From Phoronis australis (taxonomy: Eukaryota > Animalia > Phoronida), in assembly GCA_002633005.1 (NCBI GenBank), contig NMRA01000305.1, positions 466,958 through 530,957 on the forward strand: 64,000 nucleotides of DNA, given 5' to 3'. The notes beneath the pieces are model-generated. The model made no database searches, was not told the DNA's origin, and saw only the letters and a program-made list of their open reading frames with translations. Positions within the stretch are counted from its first letter, which is position 1; each line of letters opens with the position of its first letter. The translations under genes were made by a program, and so were the position numbers. Below, piece by piece: positions 12,501-21,500 of this stretch.

Positions 12501-15500
12501 AACAAAATATCCCTAACATTCCTGTACATGTTAACGGAAACCTAACTTACATACCTGTTGTTTTCTCACTCTAATTTTCTCTAACACATGTGTGTTACCG
12601 TTGGCGTCAACAGCATAAACAGTGACCTTCACCTTCCTGGAGGTGATATTACAAGAACCACCTGCAGAGAGATGGCAGACGTGTTTTCCAAAATTTCTTG
12701 ACGAGTGATTTTATGTTCATGACATTACAGAAAATGTTTTTTCTTGGATGGCGCCATTCTGAAGATGCACAGATAACCGACGGGTAAGGCAGCAAACCGT
12801 GGTTTTAGAACGTGATAACTTACATAGCAACCCTATCTTACAACTTTCAAAGAAAAAAATAAATGGCATGGAGTACACTGCTTTTTTCTGAGGCTTAATA
12901 CACCATAAAACTCATCGCAAATGGTCTGATACACTAGGCTTTACCAAACGCGCACAGGCCGCTCAGATAGGCTCATTGCACTGATCACCTGGAACCATTT
13001 ACCATTTTTAAGCTTTATTAAGATATGCCTTGGTTAAAATTGGGCAGAGGGGACCCGAATCAAGGGTCTAGCAGTGTGCCTCAGGGGGACTCAAACCAAT
13101 GACCTTGAGTGAAGGAAGAAGACACTTATTCCACCAAGCCACCCCGCCCACTAGGCCACCCCGCCTTCTCAACACCAAACCATAACTTTACATTCTCCAG
13201 ATTGATGCTGACGATTTGCTGCTTTTACAGCAGGTGCTGCTGACAACTTGAACAACAAATAATAGAAATATGTGGCAGCAAGTAGAGAGCCATTTACAGC
13301 TGAAGAGAAATTACGCATTTCTCACAAAATCATTTCTTCACAACACAGAATAGACTGGATGTAATTTGACGTCCTTGGAGATAAACGGTGTCAAAATTGT
13401 AGATGTTCTACAATTTAGTGATTGAACAGGATTAAAAAGGTTTTAACTTTTAATTATTTCAAAAGAACAACGACTACACCATTTATTTCAGGGTAACATT
13501 ATGCAAAATGGCCTCCCTATGCACATACTTTATTGGCTGCAGAACTCACCAAACATGAACATAAATCTAATGCTCCCTGCTGACTGGCCATTAAAGCTTG
13601 GTGTGCATGCATGACGTGCAGTGTCCCCACTGTTCATGGATAGAGACTTTGATCCAGACCAACAGGTGGCAGCCAGCGTCCCACCACTAACCCTCCACCT
13701 GGTGGGTGAACGAAATATCAACATTAACAACAACAACAGCTTAGTTCGAGAAAAATAAAAGTGATCTCGTGGGAAACCTCATCTGGTGATGTATCACGCT
13801 ATGTGATTGGCTTAACAGAAAGCACATCCAATATTCTGCTAGCCAATACCAAAGTCTCGTTAGAAAGCATGTCTCATCATACGTTAATCTAAACTATGGT
13901 TCTCTTAGAGGGCAGGGTTCACATTATCACATTCTATATTGAGGTTATGTTAGAACATATTATTCTATGATTCACAGAGTGTCAGTGGGACCACAAGACA
14001 GGTCCAAGTTATGACAACCTACATGGCCATCGTTAGCCATTGGGTTACATAGGACTTCATCGACGAATTTCGGTATCTAGCCAGGCAAATATCTACAAAA
14101 TTTTAACGCAAGTAAAAACATAAATTATATTTTCTGAAAGAAGAAGGCGTGTAGAATTTGATGATTGGCTTTATACCAATCTTCTGCTAATTGGGTCATG
14201 TGACCATGTACTTTTAGTGAAATATAACAAAAAGATATCAATTAAAGTACATCTCTAGCAAAACAGCAGTATCAATCACATGACTAAATTTTACTTGATA
14301 CAAAATGTTCAACATAAAAACTCAAAAATGCTGGTACAGTTTTCTAAGTTATCGTTTCGCTTTTGTTTTATACGACTTTAGTTTTTTATATTTTTTGATA
14401 GCACGTCATGCAAAAGGAGAAATTTACAAACAATTCTTAATAGGTTTTAGAGTACGCTGCACAAAGCATGGTATCAGCAAGTTTCATACCAATCCAATCA
14501 GTGATCTCTGAGATATGATGTTCCAAACTTTGCCAAGTCTGGACATTTTTTTGGAAGGCCTACATAGCCATAACAGAGTCGGTAAATCTTAAAAGTATTA
14601 TTTTATTAAATACAGGACTATTCATATGATGTGAGCTACACTTTATGGGAGGTAGACCAAGGGTTGTTTTTCAATCTCAACACAACAAAACGTTACAGCT
14701 CCGTCTGACACGTAGTCCCACCTGTCAATGTTTCCTTCAAAATCTTCGCTGAACAGATTCGGTCCACCAAAGCTTACATTCAGGTTGAGGTCGCGCGTAC
14801 TCACAAAGTGCTGGCCGAAATGGTTGTCGTAGAAGCACAGAGCATTGTTGTCTGAGTAGCACTTATACTGAAAAAGTTTCAAGGTTGAACGCTGGCTAAA
14901 ATGACCTGAATAACACTTTGCAAACCAACTTACCTGAAAATACAAAATACAATTTTGCTAATTATCTCTCAAAGATTTTTGGGTAATCTGCAACCATTTT
15001 GTATTTGACTGACCTCATTTACTCAACTAAAATAATCAACAACAAGGCTAACAACATGTTTCATTTAGTCACTCATAAGCATTAAAATTTGATGTCGAAA
15101 AGACAAAAGCACTAGATGCTAAATGAAGCTTAAAATATTATTTTTTCTAATAATTATAGCAATTCGAAAGATCAACATTCCTGTTGTGATCAGTTCTTCA
15201 AAGCATGCATAAATGATGGTGCAATGATTATCACGTGTGTGCCGTGCATGCTTCGGGCTAATAACACATCTCTCCCAAAAAGAATATTCACCGGGTAATG
15301 CGAGATTTACATACCATGTGGTCGACTATAATACCAGCATTGACACTTTAAAATGCGTCTACTAAAACTCTACAAATTCAAAATTTGAAAATTATACCAT
15401 TCGGGCATTACCTTAATTTTAGCTCCAGGAAAGAAAAGCCAGTTGTCCATCTGCACAGGGTCAAAATCATCAATGAGGACTGTGGGTAGGTCAAGAGTGG

Positions 15501-18500
15501 ATGTCACTAGTACGTTGTCCAGGGCCCAGCATCCAGAGAAGGTGGTGTTACCAGCGGTGGTGCTGGTGTTGGTGTTACCAGCGGCGGCAGACGTGGTGTT
15601 GCTGATGTTGTTGGAGGTGCGGTAGTGGAACTGAAGACAGACTGGGGAGCCCTCTGGTGGCGGTAGAGACACGATGTGGATAGCGGTGTCAGAGGAAGAA
15701 GGGATGCTGAAAATGGAACATTATGAAAGATGTTGAAGATAGAACAATATGGAATAGGATGATGAAGATAGTACAATATGGAATAGGGTGGTGAAGATGG
15801 AACATTATGGAATAAGGTGATGAAGTGGGAAGGACCATTATGGAATAAGGTGGTAATCAAAACATTATGGAATAGGGTAATGAAGATTGAAGGAACATTT
15901 TGGAATAAGGTGCTGAAGATGGAGCATTATGGAACAGGGTACTTATTTATTACCTTATTGTTCTTCAAACTAGGACCAAGAATCGCACAGTAACCCATCT
16001 TTATTACAAACACGGACAGCCATTTTTAGAAAGATTTGACTACATAGCCAATAAAGGTCGATCTAATACTGCACCATAACACAAATAACATGAGTGCAAC
16101 TCAAAAATAGTGTCTTCCTAAATGGATTTGGTGGCACCAATTCCACATTATTAAAATTTTGTTGAGACATTTCAAAGCACAAGTAACTTTATCATTACAG
16201 TTCAACATTTTAACACTCAACAAGGCAAAGTCCTGCACTATGCATGGCACTTCCAATCCTACAGCATGCTGGCCAATAGGTAGTGCTGTTTCAATATAAC
16301 ATATGTAATGCTTATAAAGTTTCCCAGCGGTAGTGCTACACTTCAAGAATTGAAACGAGTCTTGGTAATTCCTTAACCCCCCCAAGTTTCGCACAATGAG
16401 CCTACTTTGTGGCCTGAACAGGTCTGATAAATAACAACAGGTATCAGACCACCTGGTCCTGCACTTGCATCATTAGCCGTCCACCTACCTGACAGTGTCC
16501 ATCACTGTCCAGTTGTTACAGCCCTCAGAGCCATAACTGACAACAACATCCGCCAATCCATCAGGTACCGTACAACTACCCGAGCCAACAGTGAACTGCA
16601 GTACACTGGCAGACGACACATTCAGTGGCACTGTCATCTGTATGAGGTTACACAAGAATCAAAATTTAGAAAACATGAACTCACGAGAGGTTCTATGAAA
16701 AGTAGTCGCAAAACCTTGATGCAATAAATTACTCAGAAGGGATCATTATGGGCTTGGAGGGGGTAACTAATCCGCATAGTGCCTTTAGTTAGAACTTTGC
16801 TGATGGTTGTAAATCATGGGTGTTGTTCACATACAAAATATCTTTTGAAATTGACATGCAAGGTCAGTGAAAGTAATCCTATGTGAACGCAGCTCTTAAT
16901 CATAAAGCTGTAAACACAATTTAGCAAAGATTCATGGTCCAAGCTCAGAGTATTGTTTTATTACTCCCCATGGGTTTTGGGTAGCCAAGCCCAGAATATG
17001 AAAGTAGACAGCATGAACAAGTATGAACCACCCAGTTGGTTGAATACCTAATACAGCTTCATCAAATGTGTACAATTATACAAAAAATAAGCATTGTGCT
17101 GCACAACTTTTCAGCCAACAATATTGTTTGTATGAAAGGGATTAAATCATAGTAATTTAAAATAGTTACATTTAGAATTAAACAGACACAGCTTATGGCA
17201 GATCTCACTAAGAATTCATGTACGGTACTGTTCAAAAATGATCAAAACTTGAAATGAAACTCTTCTTACTTCATCAAAATATACTACGTAAAAAACTGCT
17301 GGATAAAAACGCAAATTCTAAATAGAAATTTTTTTTGAAAGTATGCCGATTTAAAGCAAAAAAGGGATTTCACTAACTTTTTGTAAAGCTATTGTCGTGC
17401 TATAAACATCTCTAAATGAGATAAAAGGGTCGATTTGGACAAATCTTGTGAATTTATCCAATGTCATCTGGTGAACCCAACTGGTTTTATCCACATCACG
17501 GTCATCAATAGAGTGATTCTAGCAACAAGACCACATAGTAAAGGTAATTTCTGTTTCTTGTCAGATCTTATCTAAATAGAAGGCTTGAAAGCATCCAGGC
17601 TTCTCTTCTCCATTTAATTTTTGAGACATGAAAACTGACAGAAACCATGGAAACTGATATAAACCACAAAATCTGAACAGAGGAGTAAAATTTACAACGC
17701 AGCTTTTTAAATTTTCAAAATTGGTCAAGACAAGTAATAGAGATTATGTCAACAAAACTCAACCCTTCAGCTATTCATAGGAAAGCAGTTTCCAGCCTGG
17801 CTTATCAGATCATTATACTGCATCACAAACTCCCAATAGAAGCTGGGCCTGAAAGAACGTGGATTTAAGGGGTTATGAGGATGGATTCTAGTTTAAGGGC
17901 ATGTTCACGACATGGTACTCCTATGCCCGAGTGCCCCATGACAACCATACCAGGGTGTTGTTGGATCCCTGTCCGCACAAAACTGCTGCATTGCCATGCA
18001 GTATAGATCCACATCTGCTGCTCACTTCAACGTCACTTGTAGGGGACCTAGGGATAGAATGAGGCATTGTGGGTAAATTGGACAATAATATAATAAAAAA
18101 TAATTGCAGGCGGTCTGATACACGTTGTATCAGACGTGCGTAGGCCTCGCATGTGGGCCCATTGCACAGATCACCTGGAAATATTTTTATGCTTTATTGA
18201 TATATGGTTAAAACCGAGCTGAGGAGCTAGAAACCTGGCTCAAGGGTATAGCAGTGTGACCCAGTGGTACTCGAACCCACGACCTCAAGTAAAGAAAGCG
18301 GGCACTTATCAACTAGGCCACACCGCCTCTTCCAAATTGGACAAAGGCATTTACTGTGTTATTTATTCCTTATTCACATCAGAAGTCATAGTTCGAACTA
18401 ACTGAACACGGGGTCGTTTTTTATGAATTCAAAGTGACTTACAACTTAAAACTCTTAAAAAGAGGTAATTAGCGCAAAATTAGTAATCTTTGTATCAGAG

Positions 18501-21500
18501 CCACAAAGTTTAAGCTGAATCTATGAGAGCTTATTTACTTATTCTCAATACTTACCAAAGTTCAGCATCAAGAACTGAAGAATCAAAGTTGTCACGGAAT
18601 ATCACACCATTGTCATGGAGGTCTGAAACATCTGGATACTCTAGTGAAGTCAAAAGATCTGAAACAAACTGGACAAATTAGAATTCTCTAGGCTGCTCCT
18701 TGCTTCAGTTACAAGATGCAATTGACTGAAAAAAAACCTGGCACTATGTACAGCTACTATTAATGTAAATTTTAGAACTAAGTAGACACAGTACATTCAG
18801 ATGTTCAAATTAAAACTTTGACCAAATATTGAGGTATTCCAAGCAAAGTCAGCAAACCTTAAGAACTGAACGGAACACTGACAGACAAGCACAATAAAGT
18901 TCTTGAATACTCGTTCTTATGTTCAAAACAGCTAGTCTATATAACAAACCTGTCTCCATGATAGCTAGTCTATATAATAAACCTGTTTCCATGATAGCTA
19001 GTCTAAATCATAAACCTGTCTCCATAAATAGCTAGTCTATATTATAAACCTGTCTCCATGATAGCTAGTCTATATTATAAACCTGTCTCCATGAGAGCTA
19101 GTCTATATTATAAACTGTCTCCACGATAGCTAGTCTATATAATAAACCTGTCTCCATAATAGCTAGTCTATATAATAAACCTGTCTCCATGATAGCTAGT
19201 CTATATTATAAACCTGTCTTCATGATAGCTAGTCTAAATTATAAACCTGTCTCCATGAGAGCTAGTCTATATAATAAACCTGTCTCCATGACAGCTAGTC
19301 TATATTATACACCTGTCTCCATGATAGCTAGTCTATATAATAAACCTGTCTCTATGATAGCAAATAGCAGCATATGTTAATAAAAACAATGACAGATTTG
19401 AAATGGCTTGACATGTTTCGGCGTTTATTAAAACACCATTATCATAAGAAAAAGACAGTGGCCACCTTGCTAGGCAAAACAACAAGTACCGTATTCACCG
19501 TAGTAACCGCCCATGCCCCTATAAGCGCCCCCCACGCGTTTTCAAACTTTGCTAAAATAAGCGCCCAGTCCATGAACGTGTATGTGAGAAAAATGCCTTA
19601 CCTACAGTCTTAATATTCTACAGTAACGTCTTCAATTTATCAATAATATCCGACAGTCCTGAAAAAAAACACTGTGCGCAGAATTTGTAGACCACGACCC
19701 TTGCCGCTATGTCGGTATTTAGCCGTGATTATACACTTCAGAACGAACACAAAAGTTCTGCTGATACTGCGAGGACCAATGGTCTGGCCTGTCAGAACAG
19801 AAGTAGTGTACTTGTCTGTGGGATTGCCTTGTAGATATTTCCCGCTTTCAACAGGAATCCAAATTTCTTTGTAGGCCTACACGTGAAAACCGCGAATCGA
19901 AGACTAATAAAAAGCTTGGCCAGTGTTAAAAGCACGTGGCCAGGAAGCGCGCACTACATACATGAACCTGTCATCAAAGACATTAGTCGGGAACTATCCA
20001 TTCATGAAACGGGTAGCATAGCATCGGCAAGAAATGAATATCGGCACTAATTTCCGACAGTTTCTAATACTATAAAAAAGTTTGCATTATTTTTAAGATG
20101 AATTGTTTGATTATCCATAATTGATGTTTTTAAGCCAAATATCCGATAAAATGACCACCGACAGTGAATGCTTACACACCCTTACACCGAAAAATAACTG
20201 TCAGATAGTCACGTACGCATCCAGCCACATGGCGACTAATATGGCCTTACCGAGACAAATGCCGAACGTTTTTAGCACAATGAGACCGGCAAGTACTGAA
20301 TGAAACACACTCTGGTTTAGGCCTACTGGAAATTTCTTTAGATACAATGCACATCTAGCTCATTAGATTGCGTGGCTCTGGCCAAAAGACGGTATCTGCT
20401 CTGGCAAATGAACTCTGGTGACACGCATGCGCTAGCTTACTCACAAACGCAGACAACTTTAAAACAAAACGGTCACGTGACAACAACATGTGTGTTCGTC
20501 CAGACATTTTTCTCATGTTGCCGGTCATGTAGATGGCACGATGTAACACAGATTTGTACTTAAACCTCCTGTAATCTCGACTCCATGGGAAAATCTTATT
20601 GACTCTACTTGGAAAACTTAAGGAGGATTTCAGGTAATTTGCTTGAGTCAAAACTGTTATGTATTTTTATTCAAGCATTCAAGTTGCCATATCGACGATT
20701 GCGAGGTAGGCAGTCGGCGAGTTTTCGCCCTGGGATTTCAGCACAATTTTCTGTAAAATGAACTTAGCAGCAAAGTTTGATAGCAATGCACCACGGTTTT
20801 GTAGAAAGTCTTTCATAGATTACAGATACGTCACAGAGCAAAAATATGATGAATCTTAGCTTCCGATTTCACCCGTTTCGGAGACTGGGTTTCAATGGCC
20901 TTGGGTTATAATAAGCGCCCCCCCCCCAGAAACAAACTTTCTAAGCACCCTGGGCGGTTATTACGGCAAATACGGTAATGATATACAGACACAGTCAGTT
21001 ACAATTTACAGTATCATTACTTGTTGTTGGGCCCAGCAAGGTGGCCACTGTTTTTTCTTCTCATGGTGGTGTTTTGGTAACACCAAAACATGTCAAGCCA
21101 TTTCAAATTTGCCATTGTTTTTAATAACATTAATAAATCTGGCGTTGAGGGAAGAAACACCACATGCTGTTACTTCTTTGATCATCAATGCAAACAAATC
21201 AAAAATAAAAATGAATTGAAAAATCTCAGTTTAGATGACAAGCTGGAGAGAAATTGGAAAAAAAGAAATTGGTTTCTACTCAGTCCTACCTTCCCGTTCA
21301 CATAGCTTGAGCACCGTGGTGTCTTTGAACAATATCTGCTGTCCCAGAGTAGCAGTGGCCCTGTGAAGACGGTATGATACAGCTAAAAATCTAATGACAG
21401 TAATCACTATGTAGTACTGCTACAATTTGATTTTTGGAATCGGTGATAAATGTTTCATTATAGGCCACATCCTAAAATGTGGCACTGATGAGTCATAAAC

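Noticed and set aside
18255-18327. tRNA gene
   Set aside because: It has A and B boxes but no complete cloverleaf, and is attached to a repeated body with tail and TSD, so it is a SINE head. The same applies to 36575-36615.
18930-19365. Regular 24-45 bp arrays (here and at 21510, 23163, 26030) as CRISPR arrays
   Set aside because: Units are contiguous with no unique spacers, no cas genes are present, and the context is eukaryotic intron; they are minisatellites.
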